Shown in pieces: positions 12,895 through 26,298 of a stretch of DNA of 64,000 nucleotides. Position 1 is the stretch's first letter, and each line of letters begins with the position of its first letter. A program made the translations under genes and the position numbers. Origin of the DNA: Octopus sinensis (Eukaryota); the NCBI RefSeq assembly GCF_006345805.1, contig NC_043021.1, positions 25,110,001 to 25,174,000 of the forward strand, given 5' to 3'. The notes beneath the pieces are model-generated. The model was given only the letters and a program-made list of their open reading frames with translations. It searched no databases and was not told the DNA's origin.

Positions 12895-14350
12895 GTGTTT
12901 TTGTTGGTATTGGCTGGAAGCCAACACCAACAAAAACACTAATATTGCTTTGCCAACGAATATGGAGAACCTGTAAGTGGCCAAGAGATTGGAAGAGATC
13001 AGTTTTCATCCCAATACCAAAGAAAAGAGATATCAAGGACTGCGCAAACTACCGTACCATCACCCTGATCCCCCATGTAAGCAAAATTCTCCTTAAAGTC
13101 ATCCAGAAGCGCCTGAACACAACTATTGAGAGAGAATTGCCAGAAGTGCAAGCTGGTTTCAGAAAGGGAAGAGGCACCCACGGTCACATCGCCAACCTAC
13201 GGTGGATTATGGAAAAGGCAAGAGAATACCAAAAGAAGCTGTACATGTGTTTCATTGATCACTCCAAAGCCTTTGACAGCATTGATCATGACAAGTTATG
13301 GAAATGTCTGGAGGAAATGGGAACACCTTTACACCTTGTCCAGCTTATTAGATCACTCAATCAAAACCAAGAGGCTACAGTACGGACACCATATGGCGAC
13401 ACTGATTGGTTTGAGATTGGAAAAGGCACTCGGCAAGGTTGCATCCTGTCACCAGCAGCCTTCAATACGTACACTGAAAAGGTGATGAGGAATGCAGGCC
13501 TGGAGGATAGCAGCATTGGAGTGAGGATTGGAGGAAGAAATATTAATAATCTTCGCTATGCAGATGATACAACCCTGCTGGCGGAGAGTGGTAAGGATCT
13601 GGAGGATCTTGTCCTGCTGGTCAAGGAAGAGAGTGAGAAATTTGGGCTGTACCTCAATGTTAAGAAAACGAAGATCATGTCAACATCAGCCACAACAAAC
13701 ATCAACATCAAGATCCGTAAGGAAGAGATTGAAGTGGTTGATGATTTCATCTTCCTTGGCTCCAAAATAAATCGAGATGGTGACCACTCCTCCAGAAATA
13801 AGACGGCAGATAGTACTAGGCAGAGAGGCAATGGTCAGCCTGAGCAGGGTCTGGAAGAGTAGAGACATCAGACTCGCTACCAAATGCAGTTTGGTGAATG
13901 CAATTGTCTTCCCAATAGCAACATATGGATGCGAGACCTGGACACTAAAGAAAGCTGACCAGAAGAGAATTAATGCATTCGAGCTTTGGTGTTGGAGAAG
14001 ACTTTTACGGATTCCATGGACAGCGAGGCTCACCGATGGAGAAGTTCTTAAGCAGATCAGGCCAAAAATGTCGCTAGAAGCTAAGATCACCAAGCATAGA
14101 TTGGCATATTTCAGTCATATTATGCGGAGAGAATCCCTGGAGAAGGACATCATGCTTGGAATGGTCAGTGGCAAGAGAGGAAGAGGCAGACGAAGAACCC
14201 GCTGGCTTGACACCATTAAGAGTGATACCGGAATGGACATAGCCAGTCTGAAAGAAGCGGCCCAGGATAGAACTGACTGGAAGACACTGATCCAACGAGT
14301 GACCAAGAATCGACTTCGACTGAGCGGTTACAAGAAGAATAATAATAATT
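12895..14350 (+). mobile_element. 5'-truncated RTE-clade (BovB-like) LINE with reverse-transcriptase domain and one frameshift
   Basis: ORFs 12945-13862 and 13777-14391 join via a +1 indel near 13784; motifs WKRSVFIPIPKK, QAGFRKGRGT, GTRQGCILSP, LRYADD, YGCETW, FELWCWRRLLRIPW; (AAG)(AAT)n tail; AATAATAATAA at both ends. Confidence 0.95.
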
Positions 14351-15479
14351 CGTTTGTTTATTGGCCACAAGGGCTAACAAAAATCAATTAAAACATAAAG
14401 GGTCAAATCACAGGACAAAAGTTACAAAGGGTTTTGTCCGTTTGATAATAATAATGATGCTAACATACTGTTATGCTTATATGAAGCTGAAGAAAATTTT
14501 TAAAACTCCTCCTCTTTTATCATTCTCCCTAAGTGAAACTCTCACCATCTTTAAAGGCAACCACTGAACTATAAACCCTGATACTTCAGCCACTTAATCT
14601 GAAGATATGAGATTGAAAGTATAAGACAAAGATAAGGCAAGAGAGAGAGAGAGAATTTATAAGCAATTTTGTTCAACATGGAGCTGATACATGGTTACTC
14701 AGCTTCCATAAAACAACAGCTAAATCTCTCACAAACACATCCTACTGTCTTAAATAAAGGCTATGTTGAACAATATAATTCCCGATATACAAACAATGAG
14801 ATTATCATTGTTTCAACTAATCTTAGAATACATAACAACAAAATTTACAAAGAACCTGTTTGTTTGATCTTGTAGTTCAATTCTTATCAAATCACAACCC
14901 ACTGGCTTAAATTCTGAAATGACGCACTGGAAAAGAAAAATGTAATCTTGTATATAAAACAGCTGTATACACATGTATTTCTGTGTATACATCTGTGTGT
15001 ATGTGTTATGATTGTTGTTGTATTTTACAAGGGCCCACTTTGATAACTCATCTTCATCATCTTTGTTTCTTTTTCCAGCTTCCCTCCGATTACTGCCATC
15101 CACTCTTGTGTAATGCAAGTAACCATAGATCACCTTTATGGCAACAAACTTGTTCTGACCCTTTCTTTCATACTTTTACATCTTGTCTCCAAGCATAAAG
15201 CTGCCTCCCTCTCTACTGTAATCTCTCGCTCCGGCAAAGGGATCTTTGTTTTGTGAGTTACATGGCAACACATGTATTTCACTTTGTTAAGTGGTTGGTA
15301 TCAAGCAGGCCATTCAACCACAGAAACTCTGCCAAAACAGATACTGGAGCAGATAATGCAGTCCACCAATCCATTAGGTCTCAGTCAAATTGTCCAACCT
15401 GTGCCATAATGGAAAACGGATGTTAAAAAATGACAATGATGAAATTGAGGCTGTTACAGTCTGCACTGCAGCGTGTTCC

Positions 15480-17900
15480 CTTCATCAGCTGTTGACTGGA
15501 GATCGTGGTAATTCTGGCATCTTCCAAAAGTATTACTGCCATTAACAATGCCAAGCAACATAGTATGACTGACTTCTTTTGGCTCACATCAGCACACATT
15601 TTCCTCTCTATCATCCATAAAGCCACCACCTCAAGCTCGTTACAGCTATATTTTCTCCAGCCATGCACCAACTATTTTATATCTCTACTCATTGAAAATT
15701 TGTCTTTCACCTTCAGGCATTGGTCTTTCTCTGCCATACCCATATTGAACCATTTCCTGCTTCCCTCTCCCAATTCAAGAATCTCTGTTCTATTATCCTT
15801 TCTATACCCAATGTTCCAGCAATGTTGAATCTAGCAACAAGTCCACAGCATCACATCTCTACTGGAGACACCATACATTGTCATCTTCATGTCTCATGCA
15901 GTTCTCAAGGTTTTTCTTTCCATATGTTCACTCTTTTTTTGCCTTCTAGTGCCAAGAGGTCAGGCTGTTGCTTCCTTATTACAAGAGTACTTTCTTCAAG
16001 TTCATTACCGTCTGCTCGTGCAATACAGCAAGCTGCAACGATTTGTTGGTTTTCATTGATGCTTCTACATTATTGTTTTAGTGCATTAGCAACTACACTA
16101 AGGACTTGGGTTATTCCACTAGACATACTCTGCAAGGGAGTATGGCCTATTCTATTGCCAGAACAGGCTTCAGTAACACATTACACTTTAACCAGTGACA
16201 ATCTGTTATGTCATTCAAGCTTCACCACCTAATATTGGTCAGGGGTGGAAGTATATCACATTCCACCCCATCCAGGAGGAATGAAAACCTGATTGGTTCC
16301 ATTTCCCACAATATTCTCCCATTCTTCAGCTGTCTCTTATACTGCTCATGCATATCACCTACTCTACGCTACTGCTTTAGTTGCAAGCTCCTCCTTGACA
16401 ACATGTCACATTTCTTTGCTCATGATATCTCACCTGCTTTTGTTATTCTAGAGGTTGTCTAGTTGTTCTGTGCCTCTCTCCCTTACTCCTGCCTCTGTGG
16501 TGGTCTGCACTGCATATTTCACAACTTTCAATTCTACTTTGGTCTCTACGACCCCCCACACCCTTTCCTTCCTGTTGATGCTATCAGCTTGGCTGCTGGA
16601 CCTCACAGCAACTTTACTACTTTAAACTTCTCCACCAATGATACTAAAGGCAGCTAGAATTTTGCTGTAGCACTATAACAGCCCAACTTTTGTAAAGCCT
16701 GGTGGGAGACCAAGCCATTCTTGTTGGAACTTGCTTGTACAGTTTACAATTCTCTCCGCATTTCTTAACAGTATTTCATTCACTTGAAGAGCTTTTATGT
16801 GCTTTAACAAAAGGTCATGTTGGTAACATTACAAGTAAACTTCTCTGCCCAATTGTTGCTGTCAATGGCAGTTGGTCTTTGTTTAACATTGGCCTTTATC
16901 TCAATATCCCTCTTGACAAAATTTAAGGGAACTATACATCTATAGCCAGGGTTTTAACTGCCTACACCCTGACAGCAAAGTGGAATATCCTTCACCAGAC
17001 TTCACATTATCAATAGATTACCATTCCTTTTGGCTTTGGCATTTAGTCAAGTTTGCCAGAGTAGTTCTTGTGACTGCTTGAAGAGATTTTGTCTCTCTGC
17101 TTGTTTCCACTATGGTGATAATGAAATGCATAAAATCATGCTGAGATGACAGGAGCAGGTGGATTCTGATCTTCCCTCCTACCAAACAGCATCTTGTATC
17201 TTTTTACATCAGTTCCATAACCATCATGAAGAAGAGTGCAGAAATGGTACACTCCATCACCTTGCATATTTCCGTGATTACCAGTTGGTGGTAAACTACA
17301 CGACCATTGATCCCGGGCCCTTCACATATCCTGGAATGCAAAATAAATCCTGTACTCTGAGTATTAGTAAATTAAGGACTGGTCCACATGCATTTGTCAG
17401 GTTAAGCATGTATAACAGCCACATTGCACCAGGTGTATGAGCTGTGCTTGAATATGGGTGTTGAAACATATTCTGATCCTGAAGAGGTGTACTGAAAAAT
17501 CTTTGAGATGAATATTTTTGGCAATGTTATGTGTGTGGGATCTAATGCAGGACACCTTTCAGAATCTGCCTGTGAATGGACATTAAGTTATCCTTTTACT
17601 CCAGAAACTTGAGACAGCAACTCTCGTAAATGCTAATCTCTCTTGTCTTCCATGCCAAGGTTTATGGTAAAGTCCAAAGACCAATGGAACAGGCAATAAC
17701 GACAGCATTGGCAAATATTTAGAATGGCTGCAACAATTTTCTTAGCTCCAATTTGTCTTGGACTCTTTGCCATTGCACCATAGTATCTCACTGTTAAGAT
17801 CATTACAAAACTGATGTGCATCAGCTTCTTCGTCCTAAACAAAAACATGCTGAGATGTCCATTAGTTTCTCAGATCTGCTGGATAGTCAATACTGAAGGA
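15480..17900 (-). mobile_element. Heavily decayed HERO-like (R2-group, restriction-like endonuclease) non-LTR retrotransposon
   Basis: Minus-strand fragments LTNACGPV (cf. LANAYGSV), MECTISALFFMMVMEL (cf. GCTISPILFVMAMEVI), WEMEPIRFSFLL..ECDILP (cf. WKMEP.RIKFLI..VYDVLP), RYV*WNNQVL (cf. RYTWRHNQVL), RDVMLWT (cf. RPDIVLWS); many stops and frameshifts. Comparison sequences are recalled. Confidence 0.72.
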
Positions 17901-20426
17901 TTGCCAACAATATGTGGAGAGGTCAGATATGGTGAATCTTATCCTTCATAGTGACTTTAAGGATTTTTTGTTTTAGGTACGTGTTCAGGTGCAGAAAGGG
18001 CTGTCAGTTCAAGACGTTTGTTTCCCAACATGGTCCCACTGCATTGCCTCTTGGGCAAGTGTCTTCTACTATAGTCCTGAGCCAAGCAAAACCTGTAGTG
18101 GAATTGTAGACAGAAACCTTTTTTTTTTTTTTTTTTGTAATTTCAGCTCAGAGCTGTGGCCATGCTGGAGCACCACCGTTGGAAAAGAAAAAAAAAGAAA
18201 ACTATTGTAAATGTGTATGTTTGTGTCTCCTTGTCTTGACATTGCATGATTGTAAATGGATGTCATTCATTTCCTATATTCTGTAAAAGCATGTCTGGCC
18301 ATAGGGAAATACTTTGCTTGGAAGGAGGTGTAGTTTGGTGACAGGAGGAGCATCCAGCCATAGAAAAATCTACCCTCCCATAAACTATATCTGACCCATT
18401 CAAGCATGGAAAAAATAGATAACTGATGATTATGTTGTCCATTCATAGAAAGATGTCTCTTGCAGCTGTTGTCTGGTATTTATTTGTGGTTTCTGGCTCT
18501 CTGGTGATTTATAGGAAAAATGTCAGCTGCTGAACTAAGATTCAAAACTTGGCAACCTTTCCAGCTGATGAAAGAATACAGTTATTCAACCTGCTAGAAA
18601 CAGCAGCTAAATCTCCTTCAAAGACCAGCTCAGTATCTTTACAAAGAATACAGTGGATATTGTAGTTCAGGATACACTACAAGATGAGAAGGCCATGGTG
18701 CAGAGCACTTTTTAACAAGGAAGACCTGAACAACAAATTGAAAAGTAGAGAGGTTTAAAATAATATATTTGAACCTGCTCTTTTAACTGAATAACAGCTG
18801 TTATCTAAAATATGATAAGCACTTAATAATACCAGCTGGATTCTACTAAAACAAGCAGTGGACATGAACAAAATGGCCAAGTAGATAAACAAAACTATTT
18901 ACTTGTCAATAATTCTTCCATTTCTGTATTTATTTCGCTGTACCTTTTATATATTTACTCAACTTTGCATTTCTTATTCGACCTAACTGTAACTATAAAT
19001 AGATCATCCTTTATCTTTTACTTGTTTCAGTCATTGGACTGTGGCCATGCTGGGGCACTGCCTTGAAGAGTTTTGTTGAACAAATTCACCCTAGGAGTTT
19101 CATTTTTTTTTTTTAATTTGGTACTTATTCTGTCAGTCTCTTTTGCTGAATTGCTAAGTTATGGGGATGAACACAAACCAACACCAGTGGTCAAGTCAAG
19201 GGAGGAAAGGTGACAAACACAAAATCAAACATGCCTGTATGAGTGATATGGGCTTCCTCACAGTTTCCATCTACCAATTTACTCAAGGCATTGGTTGGCC
19301 CAGGGTCATAGGAGAAGATACTTGGCCAGTGTGCAGTGGGATTGAATCTAAAGCTACGTGGTTGCAAAGCAAGCCTCTTAACCACACAGCCATGGAAAAT
19401 AATTCACTGCATCTCAACAATTCAAATTTGCCTCTTATTCGTCAAACATTAGGGAAAGGAACACCAAGTACTCAAGCTCAGCCTTATGGCTTCTTGCTGT
19501 TCAAAAACGGATTCATTAATGTTTAATGTCTGCTTTCCATGCTGGCATGGGTTGGATGGTTTGACTGAGGACTGGCAAGCCAGGGGGCTGCACTGGCAAT
19601 ACCCATACTCGAATGGTGGCATTGGCAATGACCATGCTGAAATTGTGCTTTTTACGAACCACCGGCACGGGAGCCAGTCAGGCAGCACTGGCAATGACCA
19701 CACTCAAATGGTGCTTTTTTTACGTGCTGCCTGCAGGTACCACTGGCAATCACCATACTCAAATGATGCTTTTTACATGCTACCGGCACAGGAGCCAGTC
19801 AGTGGGTGCTGGCATTGGCCACGACAAGGATTTCACTTGACTCAACAGGTCTTCTCAAGCACAGCATATTACCCAATGATTGAAGGGTGCTTTTAATGGG
19901 CTGGTTCTATGACACTGGCATAGGCCATGGCTACAGCCTCACTTGGCTTGCCAGATCTTCTCAAGCACAGCATATCTCTCTCTCTATGTGTGTTGTGTGT
20001 GTGTGCAAATATGGGTGTCTGGATAGAAAATCTTGCTTTGCAATCACATGGCTTCCAGTTCAGTCCCACTGCATGACACTTTTAGTAAGTGTCTTCTAGT
20101 ATAGCTTCAAGCCAATCAATGCTTTGTAAGTGAATTTGGTAGATGGAAGCTCATTGTGTGTGTGTGTGTTTTTGCCTTTATTTTTGTTCCCCACCATTGC
20201 TCAATAGGTTGCGCTGGTTTATTTATGTCCCCATAACTTAGCAGTTCAGCAAAATGAGACCAACAGAATATATACCATACTTTAAAAAATAAGTAGTAGA
20301 GATCAATTTGTTTGACTAAATCCCTTAAGGTGGTGCTCCAGCATGGCCACATTCTACTGACTGAAAGAAGTAAACGATAAAAGATTAAAAAAACAATAAA
20401 AGACCTATTTTACTGTTTCTTTGCAG

Positions 20427-20538
20427 CTGTGTACGCCTCACCCTGGTTTCAATCCTGTTCCTACCTTCGAGACTTAGACTGCACCAATGCCGCATCGGCA
20501 GTGATATGTGGTACCAATCATGTGACCTACAATTCAAA
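20427..20538 (+). CDS. Double-Kazal secreted protein, coding exon 2
   Basis: TTTCTTTGCAG acceptor; (T)VYASPWFQSCSYLRDLDCTNAASAVICGTNHVTYNS; AA|GTTGGT donor in phase 2. Confidence 0.88.
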
Positions 20539-21184
20539 GTTGGTATCATCCATTTGCTGGATACTAGGTTGGCAAAAATTATTGTGAGTGGATGGGTAGC
20601 TGGTCAAATGATGAATGAACGGGTAGATTGATGGAGGAATAAATCAATTGATTATTATGCTGATCTTTTGTGATTGTTGCCAGAAAGAGATTGGGTCCAA
20701 CTAGTTTTGAGCTATAATCCAATGGGATTGATCACCCATTAATTTAAAGTTCAATAATTGACTCACTTGTCTGACAACACTTCCAATCTAAACAACAAAG
20801 TGTGTCTGTGTTTGTTTGTTTGTTTGATGAAAAACGATGTTTAAAAGAATGAGACTCATGTTTGTAACTTGACCCCTGATGCCTGTGTTATTGTGACCCC
20901 ACCAAGGGGTTTGTCTGTCCTTTTGTCTTTGTTCTGCTGTCTTCTAAATCTTATATTTATTTTGCTTTGCTCATTTATCAATCTCCCCCCCCCCTACACC
21001 CTTTCTTACATCACCAGCACATTTACTTCTCTGAACTTTGATTAATTATTCTTACACATTGTTTTATTTCCTTTTATCTATTAAACAAATTGCTTAAAAA
21101 GAAACAAAAAAAAAACTCCCAAACACCTGTCTTTTTTTTACACATTTCTTTCATGTCTGTTAACTAATCATGGTTGTGTTTCAG

Positions 21185-21382
21185 CTGCGACTTTGCCAAA
21201 GCCCACTGCAGAGACAGGACATTATATGTAAAGCATCGTGGTGAATGTACAGGCAAACCAGAGCTGAATATTAACCCACACAAGATCGCTTTTGAAGTGT
21301 TTTGCCAGGCTTTCTTGACAGAGAGTTGTGGCAATGAAGAAGAAATTGTCTGCAGTTCAGATCTGAAAACATATCGAAATCT
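21185..21382 (+). CDS. Double-Kazal secreted protein, coding exon 3
   Basis: GTGTTTCAG acceptor; (N)CDFAKAHCRDRTLYVKHRGECTGKPELNINPHKIAFEVFCQAFLTESCGNEEEIVCSSDLKTYRN; CT|GTAAGC donor in phase 2. Confidence 0.92.
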
Positions 21383-22822
21383 GTAAGCTGTTTCTCTTGT
21401 CGAGAAGTTTCTGTTTTATTAAATGTTTGAGACAAAGAGACATCTTCACTTCTCTCGCCAACTTATAACAACTTTCTTTTGACCAATTAGTTCTGTCTTT
21501 CTTAAATGTCTTTGTCTTTTTACCTTTTGCTTGTTTTAATCATTGAGTGTGGCCATGCTGGGGCACCACCTTGAAGGGTTTCTAGTCAGACAAATTGCTC
21601 CCAGTATTTATATTTTTAAGTCTACTATTTATTCTATTGGTATCTTTTGCTGAACTGCTAAGTTATAGGCATATAAACAAACCAACACAGGTCATCAAGC
21701 TGGGGTGGGGGCAGAACAACTACAAAGACACATGTAAATTTGACAGGCTTCTACACAGTTTCCATCTCCTAGATTCACTCATAAAGCATTGGTTAACTTG
21801 GGACTAAGTACAAGACACTTGTCCAAGGTGTTGTTGCACTGTGGGACTGAGCCCAAAACCACAGGGCTGCAAAGTGAGTTTCTTAACCACACAGCCAGAC
21901 CTGCATCTATATATTTGCACAGCCACCCCCAACCCCCATCCTCCACCCTCTGCTCGCAGATTTCGGTTATGGAGTCTTCTTTTTTCTTCTGAAAACTTCA
22001 TCTGCTAGTCATCTACAAATGCAATCATAAATTACTAAATTAGTGTCCATTACATGTAACAGAAGCAGTAGTAGAGCAGGAGGTGGGGGGGGGGCATGTA
22101 CTGTGACAGCACATTGCTGCATCCATCATTTGTTGGTGACTCCCTACTATCCCTGGTGATTGACACCTTTGAACCACTCGGGTGACAACCCTCCAACCCG
22201 TGGGTCTGTTTGGGCAGTCATTGATGGTGAGGGTTTTTTACTTTTAGAACACTTTTAGTTGCCTTTTACAACATGCAGAGAAAACGTTGGGTCTATTCTT
22301 TGGCATTGCCAGTCCCCACACAACACAGAAATACTATTTAATTAAGATAGGTGTTCTGTGCATCATACACATCATGTATGATACATAGATGGTTGTTTTA
22401 ATTTGGTAATACTTCTACTGCATCTAATGGAATTTTATTCAGTTGGATGGCTGTTTGCAACATCAGTGAATATTTTATTCACCAATTTCCTATATATTCA
22501 AAGTAAAAAATCTTGTCTAAGCATGTGGCTAGCTGTAAGAACATGCCATTGACAAGGCCATAAGAGGCTGAAATATATCTGGCATTTGGCTGACCAATTT
22601 CCATCTTCCTCCAATATATAGAGTGACCTTAGATATTTTCTGATCTCACTGGGGCCACTGCCATGGAAAAAGCACCCAGTAAACTCTGTAAAGTAGCTGG
22701 CATTGAGAAGGGTGTGTAGAAATCTTGCTAAAGAAGACCCTGGAGCTTGGTGTAGTCTTTTAGCTTGCCTGCATAGAAAGCAGATGCTAAATAATGATGG
22801 TGATATAGATAGATATAAATAT

Positions 22823-22880
<58 letters not shown>

Positions 22881-23036
22881 ATATGAGAGGTAATGGTGTC
22901 ATTGAGACCCAAAGATGTCAGGTAATGCTGAATAAGGGCTATAGATGGACCGTATTTAAGTTCCAGGTTTGGTGATTATGTAAGTAAGGGGTTCAACATT
23001 GGTCATAAGTCAGCGTGTGTATATAAAAATTCTTTT

Positions 23037-23346
23037 GCGTAATGAGATAAAAAACTAAGGCTGTGTAGATTTTAGAACATTTATAGATAAAAAGTCTTAC
23101 AGCTGTTTCCAGGATATTTATTATATCACTTCATCGGAGACGGTGTGGGAGGATGGTTAAGAAATAGTTAATTTAGATAGCTCCACCTCACTCTCTATTT
23201 TACATCTTATCTAAATTAACTATTTCTTAACCATCCTCCCACACCGTCTCTTATGAAGGGATTTAATAAATATCCTGGAAACAGCTGTAAAACCTTCTAT
23301 TTATAAATGTTCTAAAATCTACACAGCCTTAGTTTTTATCTCATCA
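23037..23346. mobile_element. Inverted (head-to-head) Penelope pLTR-like pair, each arm with a minimal hammerhead
   Basis: ~120-bp arms around a ~25-nt spacer; hammerhead-like 23094-23141 (-) and 23246-23293 (+); adjacent to (TA)n. Confidence 0.7.
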
Positions 23347-23468
23347 CGAAAAAAATTTTTATATATATATATATATATACTAAAGAAAATTTTAATGGAA
23401 ATATATTTTTGCATCACACATACAATACCCAACATAACCTATTTAGCACTTTCCTATCTTGCTTACAG

Positions 23469-23535
23469 GTGTGAATTTGAAAAATCCAAATGTCTAAATC
23501 GTCTACTGAAGCTACATCATATTGGGCATTGTTAG
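23469..23535 (+). CDS. Double-Kazal secreted protein, last coding exon
   Basis: CTTGCTTACAG acceptor; (L)CEFEKSKCLNRLLKLHHIGHC* completes the second six-Cys pattern; TAG at 23533-23535; AAG|GTAAGT donor at 23574. Confidence 0.9.
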
Positions 23536-24653
23536 GGTGATGGAAGTGAGATGCCATCTTTCTGTCATTAAAGGTAAGTACAAATCTACTAAGATAATGT
23601 TTCTTTCATATTTTGGGGGTAGATGCTGATTGAACGAATCATCATCATCATTTTAATGTCCACTTTTCCATGATTGCATAGGTCAGACAGTCTATTGAGG
23701 TTGATTTTTCTATGGTCACATACTCTTTCTGTTTCCAACCTTCACCTGTTTCCAAGCAACGTAATATCTCCGCAGACCAGGCATGTTTACGGCAGAATAT
23801 TGGAAAGGAATGACACTGCTGGTATGACAGTGACTCTCATTTACAACTGTTGTGTGTTATCAAAATGGGGAGACAGGTATACATGCACTCAAAATGGGGA
23901 GACAGATATTCACGCACTCATCATGATCATCATTTAACATTTTCCATGCTGGCATGGATTGGACATAGTCATATAAATACATAATATCTTATATTAAAGA
24001 AAATTGTCACCACATTGAGTCATGAGAACAGTAGATGCATTTTGTCTTTCTTGATGCTTGTCAATGCTGTGCATTTGATTGTCACCTGCTTGAACAAAAT
24101 TTATGCCTTTGTAGCAAACTCCTCTCTCTATTATATAAACAACCCCAAAAGTTAGCTGTTACCTACTACATGTGTATGAGGAAACAGCTAACTTTTGCGG
24201 CTGTTTTGGACCCCGTTGTGTCTATCACTCCAATTGATTGAATTTGGCACAATTTGTCTCTTACTGTATTGCACACCAATATGCAACCCAACCAATCACA
24301 TCCCTCAATTATGTCATGTGAGACAGTCTTTTCCAAACAGCATTTGAGCCTACCCATCAGCTATAAAAGCTCACCTCATTCTAGTCTCAACATCCGTTGG
24401 TTCTCAACCTTCTAAGGTCTAACTACTGACCACATTACAGCAACCTCCATCTTCATCACCACCACTGATGTCTCTCACCAACATCATCAACAACATCTAC
24501 ATGAACAGCAATGTGTTAGAACCAATACACTGCACTGGTTCTAACACATCGCTGTTCATGAGCTTTCCTCACCAGGGTTAACAGCTAACATACAACCCAT
24601 GCAGATGCATGCAGATATATGAACAAATGTACAGCAACCACTTCCATTCAGCT

Positions 24654-24715
<62 letters not shown>

Positions 24716-24861
24716 ACCACAATAAATGCATTTAAAGTTACCACCTTGTGTTTTATATATTCTTCATCTGGGTCTACCACCAAATAACATTACAGCCTTT
24801 TGAGCAGAGTCATTAGATGGAATACCAACTATCCATCCAAACCTTGATATACATGTGTGTG

Positions 24862-24897
<36 letters not shown>

Positions 24898-26251
24898 TGT
24901 TTCACTTAGGCATACTGATTTTAACACAAATCTATTAAGAGATTTTATCTCAGACAATCCCTCAGCTTCATGCCTTCTAATGGAGTATAAACCTTCATTA
25001 TGATACACAGATGATGAATATATCACCATTAACTAGAAGTGAAATGGTTGAATTAACAAGGTAGTGAATGAGTAAGTGGTGAGTAAATGTTGTCTGTTGT
25101 AGACTGGGACCCAAACGGTGGGGGGGGGGGGCGGATTTACCTTTCATCCATTTTATATCGAGTAACTGGAGCTAAAATTTTGCCTCTTCAGGGACCATAG
25201 AAGACATTTACTTAATACTTTTCTTTATATAAGTCAACAGAACTTATTTATGGTCATTGAACCCATCAGAAACAGCAGCTTACCCCTGGCCAATGGCTAC
25301 CTATGCCTATTTAATTTCTCACTCCACTAAATCACTACACACATATCACTTCTCTTATTCTGAGCACAAATATATTAGCATATTATTAATATATTAGCAT
25401 ATTGTTAATATGTTAGCATTTGAATCCAAATGGTAAAATTAAAAAACTGCTTAGGAATTTTCTCCTTCTTGCCTAATGCATTAACATAAAACCACTTACA
25501 CTGGCTGCACCAATTCTGCAGTCCCCTGTCTGAAATAGGCGCATTTTATGTCTCGATGCCAGTATCAAATGGACTGATTTTCAATAATTATTCCAATAGA
25601 CTCGTAACAGCTGCATATGTTGCCCCATCTAACAGGAACCCCGTCAATTAAGGGTCTGGAAGATGGTGACGGATGTCTTTTTGCATTTTGTGGAAAGCCA
25701 TGGCAGTTAGGGCATAATACTGTGACAGACGTGTGTATGAGTGCATATAAGTGTGTGTGTGTGTGCATAGATAAGCAGACAAGTGTGTGTGTGTGTAGGC
25801 AGATAGGTATGTATACACATGTATGCATGACCACACACATACATATATACCTTTGAACTATTTTGAATAGATATGTGTGTTGGAGAGAAAGAAAGATGGT
25901 GTGTTTTTTGTATATATGTGTGTGTGTATGTATGTTTATATATATATACACGTTGTATATATATCTTTTAAATTCGTTTATGGTAATGTTAGGGGTATGC
26001 AAATAAAGCTCCTGCCAGCTAGTGTCTAATGATACTGACTGGCAAGTCAGTTTTCCAGGGTTGCATCATGGTTATACTGATATAATAATAACAACAATAA
26101 TTCTAGGATGGAATTCATAAGTATTTAATACATCACTATGTGCATTTCCACTAATCACATGACTTTAACATCAGAGTCTGTATTCTTGGGGTGATTACAG
26201 TATATATTGTGTGTATGTATGTATATGTGTATACATATATGTGTGTGTATG

Positions 26252-26297
<46 letters not shown>

Positions 26298-26298
<1 letters not shown>

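Noticed and set aside
13556-14370. Minus-strand ORFs over the RTE LINE
   Set aside because: Antisense shadows of the reverse-transcriptase ORF.
18453-18515. MSLAAVVWYLFVVSGSL signal-peptide-like ORF as Kazal exon 1
   Set aside because: No GT donor in phase 1 to match exon 2; the 11033 exon has the correct phase and a consensus donor.
18565-18610. CTGATGA...GAAAC spacing suggesting a hammerhead
   Set aside because: No convincing stem II, stem I or NUH site; the 3' part matches a common repeat motif also seen at ~47950.
19449-19896. ORFs with repeated GIGNDH/TGNDH peptides
   Set aside because: Translation of the tandem unit in the RTE 3'-UTR repeat, not a gene.
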